From IMG/VR virus record IMGVR_UViG_2547132272_000012: a stretch of DNA of 18,204 nucleotides; one strand, given 5' to 3'. Shown here piece after piece: positions 1 through 8,278 of the stretch. The position numbers and the translations under genes are program-made. The notes under the pieces are model-generated. The model ran no database searches, was not told the DNA's origin, and worked only from the letters and a program-made list of their open reading frames with translations. Source of the DNA: a virus. Lineage: Duplodnaviria; Heunggongvirae; Uroviricota; Caudoviricetes. Position 1 is the first letter of the stretch. Each line of letters begins with the position of its first letter.

Positions 1-510
1 GTCCACCGTGGGTTTTAATCCGAGGTTTTCAACGGCCTCATCCCTGTCTTCCACATCCGAAAGATTCCTGTCCTGACGCAGAAACAGACCATCCCCGGTC
101 GCCACATTCAGCGTGACCTGCGCACTTTCTTCCACTGCCAGCCGGAACTGCAGTGTGGCGGTAACGCCATTTACCGGTTTCTCAATGGCTGCACAACTTC
201 CGACGGCATAAAGCTCACCATCGGTGGTCAGCAACCCCGCTTCCCTGACCGTAAACCCCCCCACGCCCTCCGGCAGTACAAGATACGCAATAAACTGGTT
301 TTCCTGATCAGGCGATACCGTCAGACGTGAGATGGTGCCGCGATAAACTTCCCTGACCAGCGCCGTCTGCCCGGCCTCTGGTGTGACAGCATTTCCGTTT
401 CCGTCCCCCACCACAAACCCGTCCAGCACCACCGGCGCACCACCCGCCGCAGACGCAGCCTCGAGCGCTTTCCCTCTGTTTGTCAGAATACTGCAATGTT
501 TCGTGGTCAC
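1..510 (-). CDS. Tail fibre protein, N-terminal ~170 codons (P2 gpH-like); 3' part lies beyond the window start
   Basis: Minus-strand frame is open from 528 down to position 1 with no stop; it is not in the ORF track because it runs off the edge. Manual translation gives VTTKHCSILTNRGKALEAASAAGGAPVVLDGFVVGDGNGNAVTPEAGQTALVREVYRGTISRLTVSPDQENQFIAYLVLPEGVGGF..., which resembles the conserved N-terminal domain of P2-type fibre H as I recall it. Candidate start GTG at 510 (TTG at 528 also possible), directly after gene I. Confidence 0.7.
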   Translation of the reverse strand, partial: MTTKHCSILTNRGKALEAASAAGGAPVVLDGFVVGDGNGNAVTPEAGQTALVREVYRGTISRLTVSPDQENQFIAYLVLPEGVGGFTVREAGLLTTDGELYAVGSCAAIEKPVNGVTATLQFRLAVEESAQVTLNVATGDGLFLRQDRNLSDVEDRDEAVENLGLKPTVD

Positions 511-511
511 G

Positions 512-1069
512 TTATTCTCCCGCCTCAATCACCACATCAATATGCGCGGTCACCGCGCCACCAACATAAAACTGGCTGTCCTTTCCGATATCCGTATTTA
601 CGTCAATGGTGCTCAGACCGCTGCGTAAATTCTTGGCCTTAATGACCAGCGCCCTGACCTGACTGTAAAGCACACTGTCAGCACCTTCCCGCAAAAACAG
701 CTCCACACGAAAGGTGTACGGTTTTTTGCGCGGTGAATCCTGCCACCACTCTTTGATTGCAGCCGGAACACCAACCGCACTGAGCGCCCGCAGCACTGCC
801 CCCGCCGTTCCCCGGTGCTGATGCACATATGCCGCATCACGTAAAATTTGCCGCTTCTGCTCTTCACTCCAGTCATCCTGCCAGAAATCCACAGCAAACT
901 CCCAGGCCAGCCACGGCAACAGATGCAACGGACAGGTATCCGGATTTTTCACCTTTCTGACCATATCCGTATCAAGTGTCAGGATGCTTTCTGTTGTGGC
1001 CTGCTCCTGTGCCCGCTCCGGCCTGACAGCGGAAGGCGGCAGAAGTGAGCGAAACGTCTCCGCCATCAC
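512..1069 (-). CDS. Baseplate protein (P2 gpI-like)
   Basis: 185-aa ORF; start overlaps the stop of the J-like gene (ATGA at 1069); position between J and fibre H matches P2 order V-W-J-I-H. Confidence 0.65.
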   Translation of the reverse strand: MMAETFRSLLPPSAVRPERAQEQATTESILTLDTDMVRKVKNPDTCPLHLLPWLAWEFAVDFWQDDWSEEQKRQILRDAAYVHQHRGTAGAVLRALSAVGVPAAIKEWWQDSPRKKPYTFRVELFLREGADSVLYSQVRALVIKAKNLRSGLSTIDVNTDIGKDSQFYVGGAVTAHIDVVIEAGE

Positions 1070-1974
1070 TATACCTCTCTGCGCGTCACATTAACGGCAG
1101 CACAGCGGGGAGCCGTGCCGGTTGCCGGTTCGATATCAGCCCGGGGACTGGACAGAATAACCCGCGCCACACCAGTCTGTTGAAGTGCTGCGTAAATGGC
1201 GGACAGCGGCACCATGCCATTAATCCGGTTTGCCAGCCGGGTATAAGACATCAGCGTGCTTTTCGCATTTTCCAGCACTTCACCGGCATCCGGGCCGTCC
1301 GGTATTTCCAGTTCAGCCGTCACGGTATAGTCATTAATAATGGCGCTTTTCACCGTCACAAAATCCGTCAGCGGACGAATTTCATCAGCATTCAGCCGCG
1401 CACTGACCGCATCCAGCAACGCCTCGCTGGCAGTGCCATTTCCTTCACGGGACAATACGTAGACATCCACCTCCCCCGCACGCCCGTGCTCTTCCGGACC
1501 ATAGGCATCAGCATCCAGCACATTTTCATCAGCAGAGCGGGCATGAAAACGATAGGCATTGCGGGCGCCTGCAGTATTCAGTTGCGACCAGGACAACTGA
1601 ATACGTTCGCGAAAAGCCTCGTCCTCTTCCATAACCGCATCCGTCGGAGGCACGGCATCCGGATTTGCCGGAACAATCACCATACGTCCGACATTGAACG
1701 CCGCGCCAATCTGATCGAGATCGGCCTTCTGCGCACTTGCCAGAAAAACAGCCCGCACGGCATCATTCACCCGCTGAAAAGCCAGGGTGAGCTGAAAGGC
1801 GGTCACTTCGCCCTGCTTGTAAGTCGGGTCGGATTCCACCAGAGCATCAAATTCCGGATCCAGTTCGCGCAGACGTGCCAGCCAGGCCCCGAAAATCACC
1901 GATGCGTCAGGCACCACAATGGCATCCGGTACGGGCAAATCCGAAAGATTGATCACATCATAACTTTCTGCCAT
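1069..1974 (-). CDS. Baseplate assembly protein J (P2 gpJ / Mu gp47-like)
   Basis: 301-aa ORF with size and placement typical of baseplate J between W/gp25-like and I-like genes; 17-nt overlap with upstream W-like gene. Confidence 0.75.
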   Translation of the reverse strand: MAESYDVINLSDLPVPDAIVVPDASVIFGAWLARLRELDPEFDALVESDPTYKQGEVTAFQLTLAFQRVNDAVRAVFLASAQKADLDQIGAAFNVGRMVIVPANPDAVPPTDAVMEEDEAFRERIQLSWSQLNTAGARNAYRFHARSADENVLDADAYGPEEHGRAGEVDVYVLSREGNGTASEALLDAVSARLNADEIRPLTDFVTVKSAIINDYTVTAELEIPDGPDAGEVLENAKSTLMSYTRLANRINGMVPLSAIYAALQQTGVARVILSSPRADIEPATGTAPRCAAVNVTRREV

Positions 1975-2311
1975 AAACGGTTATTCCTCCTGTTGTTACC
2001 TGTGTACCGGTTTCCGTATTCGTCCCCGTGATATCCACCACACATCCGGCCTCATCTTCCGGAAACGTCACGATCACTTTTGACACTTTCAGCCGGGGCT
2101 CCCAGCGCGCCAGCGCCGTCGCCGTGGCAGCAATTATGCGCAGCCTCAGCAGGTCATCCCGGGGAGAGTCCAGCAATTCAAAAAGATCGCTGCCGTAATC
2201 CCTGACCAGAACACGGCTTCCCACTGGCGTGTTCAGAATATCGCTGACTGACTGGCGCAGATGCGCCGCACCGGACAGGCGCTTCCCCGTCCGGCAGTTC
2301 ACACCATTCAT
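1958..2311 (-). CDS. Baseplate wedge protein W (GPW/gp25 family)
   Basis: 117-aa ORF (P2 gpW is about 115 aa); ATG at 2311 lies 2 nt after the D-like stop; position D-W-J-I. Confidence 0.7.
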   Translation of the reverse strand: MNGVNCRTGKRLSGAAHLRQSVSDILNTPVGSRVLVRDYGSDLFELLDSPRDDLLRLRIIAATATALARWEPRLKVSKVIVTFPEDEAGCVVDITGTNTETGTQVTTGGITVYGRKL

Positions 2312-2313
2312 GA

Positions 2314-3486
2314 TTATTTTTTTCCTGATCCGGTACCAAAATAATCCGGCGGCGTTTTATCACCGGATTTTTTGCTTTTGATTTCAGCCACCAGATTAAA
2401 CGTGAAGGTAAAGCCTGAAGAAGAGAGGGAAAACGCCAGTGACTCCACGAGCCAGCGGCGATCTTCCCGCTTACCAAATCCGGATGTCACCACGCCGGAT
2501 TCGGCGGTCATGGCAACATATGAAGGACGGCACGGCCCTGTCAGCGTCATTTTCCGGCTGTTGCGTTGCGCCTGTGTTTTTTTTGACTTTGCCTGTTGTT
2601 CAGCCGTTTCCTTTTCCGGCTGCGTGTACGGACTGGTTACAGACGAGCCGTCATGCTCCACGGTTGCTGTTTTGGTTCGCCCGTCAGCCTTGTCAAAATA
2701 ACGAACCGTGATTTTTTCTTTCTTCTTTTCTCCGGTAGAGCTCCCCCGTTCACCTTCCTGATAATTCCAGGATGACACCACGGAAGGTGTCAGCGTCACG
2801 GTCTTCAGGGGCGCGCCCGATACGGTGGTTCCGGCACCCTGCTCCAGAAACAACCAGTAACCTCCGGCAGGTTTACTGACGGCGTTATACGTCCGGGCAA
2901 GGCGGGACAACAGGCTGGCATCCGATTCTGCCACCTGATCCACATGGGTAATGCGGATCCCCGCCAGCTTCTCCGCCACCCGGGCCTTCAGTCCGTTTTC
3001 CGTGGCAACAGTTTTCACCAGATCACCCAGCGTGAGATTATCCCAGCTTCGTGTTTTCTGATTCAGCACGTCGCCGGACTGCTTTTCCGCATTCATGGGG
3101 GCAGCAGTAGCATAAATTTCGATCCGACGCGGCGGGCCGCTGCTGCTCACGCCGCACACCACAAACCAGCCCTTGTCCACCAGATTACCGTTAAACCCCA
3201 GCGCCACCCGCAGACGCGCCCCCTTTGTCGGCAGGGGCAGTCTTTCAGAAAGCAGCGTGATCTTCAGTTCATCAGACCTGGCGGTGGCTCCGCCGTAATC
3301 CGTCAGGGTGATATCCACAAGATAACGGGCCAGCACCCGCGTGATATCCCGCCCTTCAGCTGTCACCCGATACGCCGGGCAGAATTCCCGGACAGTCGTG
3401 GCGATGGTTTCCTGTTTTTTCTCATTTTTCAGGGACGCCTGATACGCGGCATTTATTGCCTGCAGCTGTTCTGATAATGACGTCAT
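2314..3486 (-). CDS. Tail protein D (P2 gpD / late control D family)
   Basis: ORF track 2314..3507 (397 aa). I prefer the second of two tandem ATGs (3486), 5 nt after a GGAGG Shine-Dalgarno, giving about 390 aa (P2 gpD is about 387 aa). Confidence 0.75.
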   Translation of the reverse strand: MTSLSEQLQAINAAYQASLKNEKKQETIATTVREFCPAYRVTAEGRDITRVLARYLVDITLTDYGGATARSDELKITLLSERLPLPTKGARLRVALGFNGNLVDKGWFVVCGVSSSGPPRRIEIYATAAPMNAEKQSGDVLNQKTRSWDNLTLGDLVKTVATENGLKARVAEKLAGIRITHVDQVAESDASLLSRLARTYNAVSKPAGGYWLFLEQGAGTTVSGAPLKTVTLTPSVVSSWNYQEGERGSSTGEKKKEKITVRYFDKADGRTKTATVEHDGSSVTSPYTQPEKETAEQQAKSKKTQAQRNSRKMTLTGPCRPSYVAMTAESGVVTSGFGKREDRRWLVESLAFSLSSSGFTFTFNLVAEIKSKKSGDKTPPDYFGTGSGKK

Positions 3487-3497
3487 CATCTCCTCCC

Positions 3498-3713
3498 TTA
3501 ATCCCACAGGCTGTATGGCGACTCAGACACCTGTTGTGTGATTTCAGGCAACGCAATGCGGATCCCCGCCGGATAAACCGCGCCTTTCTCTGCCAGCCCC
3601 TGATTGGCCTCCAGCACAAGAGTGAGCACGGCAGACAGATTTTCCGTGCCGTAATGCGTGGCGCAAATCGCATCAAGCACATCCCCGTCACGGGTTATCC
3701 AGATCGTCGGCAT
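3498..3713 (-). CDS. Tail protein X (P2 gpX-like)
   Basis: 71-aa product MPTIWITRDGDVLDAICATHYGTENLSAVLTLVLEANQGLAEKGAVYPAGIRIALPEI... resembles the small tail protein X family (GDTLDAIC ... ANPGLAE pattern). Confidence 0.75.
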   Translation of the reverse strand: MPTIWITRDGDVLDAICATHYGTENLSAVLTLVLEANQGLAEKGAVYPAGIRIALPEITQQVSESPYSLWD

Positions 3714-4167
3714 AATGTTTCAGCTCCAGACTCCACTTTTTGTTACGGTGCCCACCGCCAGGCAAAAAACGGTCGGTGGAATCAGAAAAACGCTCCACCA
3801 CCCACCATCCCAGCACATCACCTTCTCCGCTGACCAGCAGTTGCGGCTCAGCCTTATTCGCTAGGTCATACAGCGTGTTCACCGCCTCCGTCCCCGACTT
3901 CCCCAAAAAGGCGTGCGATTCCCCTTCAAGGCGAACGGTTCGCCCGTTCTTCCCGGTGTACTGCAGCAGACTCTGCTGACCGATGCGCGCCTGCTCGCTC
4001 CAGGTCCACCCCGCCTCACGGGTCAGCTGGTTATATGCCGTGGTATCCACGGAAAAGGCGAAATCCCCCAGCATCAGCATGACTCTGGCATCTGCAGCAC
4101 CACGGAGATAACTGTTGTCACGCTGAAGGCTGTCTTCAGCGAGAGCAATAACCGAACCCACACTCAC
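3688..4167 (-). CDS. Tail protein U (P2 gpU-like)
   Basis: Contains MLMLGDFAFSVDT...W.W..Q.RIGQ, resembling the gpU N-terminal signature. Start re-assigned to GTG at 4167 (GGAGGA 8 nt upstream; GTGA overlap with tape-measure stop) instead of track start 4188; the internal ATG at 4080 is an alternative. Confidence 0.7.
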   Translation of the reverse strand: MSVGSVIALAEDSLQRDNSYLRGAADARVMLMLGDFAFSVDTTAYNQLTREAGWTWSEQARIGQQSLLQYTGKNGRTVRLEGESHAFLGKSGTEAVNTLYDLANKAEPQLLVSGEGDVLGWWVVERFSDSTDRFLPGGGHRNKKWSLELKHYADDLDNP

Positions 4168-5822
4168 CAGACACTTCCTCCATCCCACAACGCATTATTA
4201 CCACTGAAGGCCGGGTTGTTTTTCGTCATACCGGCAATGGCGTCCGCAATACCCTGTTCGCTCTGTCCGGGCTGCGCAACAATGTTGAAGTTATAATTCT
4301 TCACGCTGTTGTCATTCAGCTGTGCGCCGGACTGTCCGCCCTCAACAGGAATGGCCTGCACGGCAGCCTGCCATGCTCCCGCACTGGCAAAAGGATCATC
4401 CTGTTTTCCGGCAGATCCTGCCTGCGCTGCCGGCAACGAAAAATCGAACGTTTTTTCCGGCGTGAGGTAACTGTTCACCGATTCATGAAACGCATCCGTA
4501 TCCACAATGCCCATAAAGCCCTTCGCGGCGTTATATTTTTCACGGACATTCTTTTCAAAATCCGGATTATTTTTCAGTTGCTCATCAAGCCAGGCATCCT
4601 GCCCGCTGTTCCGGGCCACTGTCCGGGCAGCGGTCATGTCACCACGCCCGACATACTCCAGAATCTGCTTCTGATCGCCCTGTTCATCCGGTAATAACCA
4701 GGCGAGTTTTTTGGCTACTGCAAAAATAATTTTTCCGACAAAAATGACGCCTTCGCCGAACTTCAGGGCCGCCGGATACAGCGTGTCCCTCAGAAAAGAC
4801 ACAACCTTTTTAATGCCTCCGCCTTTAAACCACTCTGCCAGGTCACCCGCTGTCTCTTGTATGGCGGGGGCCAGCTCTGCGCCCAGTTGTCCGGAAATTT
4901 CTGCAACCGCAGAAGAAAAAACCTGCTGCAAATCAGAAACAGCCTTGTTTCCGGCGAGTGCGCCAGCCACACCCTCTTTTGTCACCAGGTTATATTTATC
5001 CTGCTCAGCCAGCAGTTCCTGAAAACTTTTTCCAGAACGTTTGATCAGCATCAGCAGTTTACTGGCTTCACCACCAAACAATGCATCCAGCGCAAACGAT
5101 GCCTTTGATTCATCCTTCAGTGACAGCGCCCTGTCGATAATTTTTTCGAACTGTTCCTTATCACTCAGTCCGGCAAGATCGCCTTCCTCAAATCCCAGCG
5201 TTTCAAAGGCGTCAGAAAGCGAACTCTGCTTGCCATTTTGTTTATATTCCCCGGCCTTATGCAGGTATTCCTCAAACAGATCCCCGATATTATCGCCGGT
5301 CATATCGTACTGTTTTGCCAGGGCGTCCCAGTTCATGTACGTGCGGGTATCCACGCCATACGCAGTCGCTTTACCCGCTGTTTCAGCCGTCTGCGCATTC
5401 ATGGCAGCCGGAGCAATCAGCGCACCAAGTGCCGTGGTCACGGCACCGCCCCCCATCGCCAGACCGGCATTCCAGGCAAATTTACCGGTTCCGGCAAGCA
5501 GGCTTTTTCCCTTCCCCATAAAACGTCCGAGCCGATCGCGACGCTCAAGGCTCCGGTTCAGTTTTTTCTGGGCCGCATCCGCTTTCTTAATTTCAGCCGT
5601 GAGCCGGGCGTATTCATCCTCCATCGACTTAAAACGTTTCCCTGCCAGCGCCGCCCGTTTCATTTCTGCCGCCAGCTCTGCCTGCTCTTTACGCAAACGC
5701 GCAGCCTGCTGCTCCACATCCTGCAGATTTTTTCGCAGATCCGTCGCCGAACGACGCCACGAACTGTCCAGTTTGCCCCCGAACGACACGGTGGCCTTAA
5801 GATTCTGGCTTACGCTTCCCAC
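4164..5822 (-). CDS. Tail tape measure protein
   Basis: 552-aa ORF with a coiled-coil-like N-terminus (QDVEQQAARLRKEQAELAAEMKRAALAGKRF...) and Ala/Gly-rich low-complexity centre; GTG start at 5822 with GGAGG 9 nt upstream; lies between chaperone and U. Confidence 0.75.
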   Translation of the reverse strand: MGSVSQNLKATVSFGGKLDSSWRRSATDLRKNLQDVEQQAARLRKEQAELAAEMKRAALAGKRFKSMEDEYARLTAEIKKADAAQKKLNRSLERRDRLGRFMGKGKSLLAGTGKFAWNAGLAMGGGAVTTALGALIAPAAMNAQTAETAGKATAYGVDTRTYMNWDALAKQYDMTGDNIGDLFEEYLHKAGEYKQNGKQSSLSDAFETLGFEEGDLAGLSDKEQFEKIIDRALSLKDESKASFALDALFGGEASKLLMLIKRSGKSFQELLAEQDKYNLVTKEGVAGALAGNKAVSDLQQVFSSAVAEISGQLGAELAPAIQETAGDLAEWFKGGGIKKVVSFLRDTLYPAALKFGEGVIFVGKIIFAVAKKLAWLLPDEQGDQKQILEYVGRGDMTAARTVARNSGQDAWLDEQLKNNPDFEKNVREKYNAAKGFMGIVDTDAFHESVNSYLTPEKTFDFSLPAAQAGSAGKQDDPFASAGAWQAAVQAIPVEGGQSGAQLNDNSVKNYNFNIVAQPGQSEQGIADAIAGMTKNNPAFSGNNALWDGGSVW

Positions 5823-5924
5823 GTTTTACTGCCTCCACTTCATCCAGTAAAAATGCCGTAAACACACTGAACGGCATGGACAGATAATCGGAAAGAGGAA
5901 AATGCAGCCGCCGCCCGAGAAACC

Positions 5925-6224
5925 TTAACCCTCTGAAGATTTCGGTTTCGGTCGCTTCCCGGGTGGCAGCATAAAAACATTAAAGGCATCCGTCAGCTGG
6001 GCATAATCCGCTGCGGTCAGCAGCCAGATATCCTGCTCACTCAGATTACAAAGCTGCGCAATCATACGCGCCTCTTTTTCCTCCTCTGTTCCCCGGTCTT
6101 TGGTGAAGGCAATGCGATCGCGCACCAGCGGTTCGCGCATGGTGATACGTTCCAGCACAGCACCGCCCCCCAGAGTGACCGGCGTGTACAGTGTGATGGT
6201 GCGGGTTTCACCCGGAATATTCAT
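5925..6224 (-). CDS. Tail assembly chaperone (P2 gpE-like); probable frameshift-extended E+E' form
   Basis: 99-aa ORF immediately after the tube gene and its terminator; AAGGAG 6 nt upstream of ATG 6224; followed by an atypical 102-nt gap before the tape-measure gene that is open in alternative frames. Confidence 0.7.
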   Translation of the reverse strand: MNIPGETRTITLYTPVTLGGGAVLERITMREPLVRDRIAFTKDRGTEEEKEARMIAQLCNLSEQDIWLLTAADYAQLTDAFNVFMLPPGKRPKPKSSEG

Positions 6225-6236
6225 AATCTGCTCCTT

Positions 6237-6260
6237 AAAAAAAACGGCCCGCAGGCCGTT
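6237..6260 (-). terminator. Intrinsic terminator after tail tube gene
   Basis: On the minus strand: AACGGCC-TGCG-GGCCGTT stem-loop followed by T8, 17 nt after the tube stop and immediately before the chaperone RBS. Confidence 0.65.
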
Positions 6261-6276
6261 ATGCGTTAATCAGTGC

Positions 6277-6783
6277 TCAGAGACGCACTTTTGCCGACAG
6301 GCCGGCGAGAACATTCACGCCGTTGATCCGACGCTCAAAACGCTCGGTATCAATCATAATGAGTTCGATCCCCTCCAGCGTCTGACGGTAATAATTCACC
6401 GCGATTTCCACTGTCACCGCATTTTCTGACAGGCTGCTGTTTCCACGTGCATCCGGCGTCACCGTTTTCACAAAACCTTCGATTTCTTCGGTGGTCCCCA
6501 GCGCGGTGCCGTTTGCCAGATAGCCCTGATAGGCCGTGAAGCGGGAGCGGTTGCCACTGACAAATCCGAGACTGGACAGCATGTCTGTATCCAGACCATA
6601 GAATTTAATCTGGCAGGTCAGCGCCTCCATGCCGTCGTCAACCGGCGTGGGGGCATCCTGTGCCCCGGTGCGTAAATCAGTGGTGGTTATGGACAGCGTG
6701 GGGGGCGTGAACTCATGCGCTCCCTGAATACGGATCCCCTGGCGGAAAAAAGTCCAGGCCCGTAATGTGTTTTTACTGCTCAT
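6277..6783 (-). CDS. Tail tube protein (P2 gpFII-like)
   Basis: 168-aa ORF, ATGA overlap with sheath stop; size and position typical of contractile tail tube; C-terminal ...IDTERFERRINGVNVL... resembles the FII family. Confidence 0.8.
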   Translation of the reverse strand: MSSKNTLRAWTFFRQGIRIQGAHEFTPPTLSITTTDLRTGAQDAPTPVDDGMEALTCQIKFYGLDTDMLSSLGFVSGNRSRFTAYQGYLANGTALGTTEEIEGFVKTVTPDARGNSSLSENAVTVEIAVNYYRQTLEGIELIMIDTERFERRINGVNVLAGLSAKVRL

Positions 6784-8240
6784 GTTGCCGTCATCTCCTT
6801 AATGCCGTATTCGTTGTTGACGCTCACCCGCATGCTGATAAGTTCAGTCGGCGATTTGGGACCGAAGTCATAGTTGATGTACAGTTCACCGGCTGCCAGC
6901 GTTTCGGCGGTATTCAGTTCCGGATCCAGCCATGCCCGCCCCCCGAAGATGGCACCTTCTGCCACCAGACGGCGCATATACGCATTAATGGTGCCAATAA
7001 TGTCGTCCGCATTCTGGCGATCGAGCGGGCGGTCAACATACGCCAGCATCGCCTCCTGGATACTGTCTTCAATCACATCCGCAGTACGGCGGACGGACTC
7101 GAAATGCCACTGAGGATGGGACGAGCACAGCCGGTTTCCCCAGTGTTTAAATCCGGCGCGGCGGATCAGGGTGGAGACATTCTGCATATTAAGCAGGTTG
7201 GCATCGCAGTTACGCTCACCGAGGATAAATTCATCCACCTGCTCAACACCGAGGATGTTGTAAACCTCCTGGTTTGATTTGCTCCACCACCACCCTTTTT
7301 CATAGTCAATACGGGCACGCAGTCCGGCAGCAAAGGCCGAATACGGGCGATACACCAGTTGCCCCTCTGCATTACTGACCTGCACACGCGGGCGCAGTAA
7401 TTCAGTCCTGGCACCGTAAGACTGGCGACGCTGCACCACATCCTGCAGTGTCGCGCCCGCAGCACAATCCACGTACGCCACTGCACGCAGTTTTCCGGCC
7501 ACCGTTTCCAGTGCCTTACCCACCGCATCGTCTTCACTGAATCCTGGTGCAATCACAATACGTGGCTGATACGTGGTGACGGATTTTGCCGATGACAGCA
7601 TGCTGATCCCCGCAAGAATGGCAGCACGCTGCTCTTCCGGCTTCGTTTTTTCTTCCACCCGGACGATCACCGACAGCGCGTTACGCTGGTCGTTAATCTC
7701 CGTCAGCGCCTGCTTCAGTGTTCCGGTGATCCCCAGACGTGAAAGCGCCGTTGTTCCCGCCATCGCCACTGGCGTGTTCAGCGGAAACGGTTCATCTTCA
7801 CCGCCACTCAGTGTGCCGGAAAACGGCGACACAATACCGTCACCGCTGCCGGTGGCACTCACCCCGGCCCCCGCCACACCATTCACCGCCGTCACAACAT
7901 CACTGACGGTGGCATTGCCTGCCCCCTCTTCACTGCATCCAAGCCAAATCAACAGGCTTCCGTTTTCCCATTTTGCTGACGTGGGAACCGCACCCGCACT
8001 TTTTTCTTTGACAGCCTGTTCAGCAATAACGGTAATGGTATTTCCGCTCCGTCCCCCCGCTTTTGCCGTAAAGGTCAGCTCGTTATCCAGCAGCGGCGTT
8101 CCCGCTGTCAGTGTCGCTGCCACAGCTCCGGCAGCCTGCGGCGCGGTTCCCACCACACCAATAATGGCTGTCTCTATTGTGGTTACTGCCACCGTGCCTG
8201 CTGTCAGCTCGATGGTTTCCACACCATGTAATTGCCCCAT
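6780..8240 (-). CDS. Tail sheath protein (P2 gpFI-like)
   Basis: Contains LIRRAGFKHWGNRLCS and AGELYINYDFGPKSP, closely resembling conserved sheath motifs. Start re-assigned to ATG 8240 (MGQLHGVETIEL...; GGAGA 6 nt upstream) rather than track start 8282. Confidence 0.85.
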   Translation of the reverse strand: MGQLHGVETIELTAGTVAVTTIETAIIGVVGTAPQAAGAVAATLTAGTPLLDNELTFTAKAGGRSGNTITVIAEQAVKEKSAGAVPTSAKWENGSLLIWLGCSEEGAGNATVSDVVTAVNGVAGAGVSATGSGDGIVSPFSGTLSGGEDEPFPLNTPVAMAGTTALSRLGITGTLKQALTEINDQRNALSVIVRVEEKTKPEEQRAAILAGISMLSSAKSVTTYQPRIVIAPGFSEDDAVGKALETVAGKLRAVAYVDCAAGATLQDVVQRRQSYGARTELLRPRVQVSNAEGQLVYRPYSAFAAGLRARIDYEKGWWWSKSNQEVYNILGVEQVDEFILGERNCDANLLNMQNVSTLIRRAGFKHWGNRLCSSHPQWHFESVRRTADVIEDSIQEAMLAYVDRPLDRQNADDIIGTINAYMRRLVAEGAIFGGRAWLDPELNTAETLAAGELYINYDFGPKSPTELISMRVSVNNEYGIKEMTAT

Positions 8241-8257
8241 TTGCATTCTCCGGACAT

Positions 8258-8278
8258 AAAAAAACCTGCCGCAGCAGG
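8258..8278 (-). terminator. Terminator-like hairpin plus T-run between spike V and sheath genes
   Basis: Minus strand CCTGC-TGCG-GCAGG followed by T7, beginning 1 nt after the V stop; short stem, so possibly an attenuator or stability element rather than an efficient terminator. Confidence 0.4.

Noticed and set aside
308-496. 62-aa minus-strand ORF from the track (TTG start) and the 81-aa plus-strand ORF at 383..628
   Set aside because: The real coding frame here is the edge-truncated tail fibre gene in a different minus-strand frame; these short ORFs give Gly/Cys/Arg-rich nonsense.
1045-2031. 328-aa plus-strand ORF, and similar long plus-strand ORFs at 5041..5850, 5238..5861, 7573..8259, 11672..12244 and 14526..15218
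   Set aside because: All lie antisense to strongly supported minus-strand structural genes, have low-complexity Arg/His/Ser/Pro-rich translations and lack convincing RBSs; they are typical shadow ORFs of GC-rich coding DNA.
2317-2323. A7 run at the 3' end of the D-like gene (GGA AAA AAA TAA) as a possible -1 frameshift site into the W-like gene
   Set aside because: The W-like gene is in the +1, not the -1, frame relative to D and has its own ATG; the A-run simply encodes the terminal Lys-Lys.
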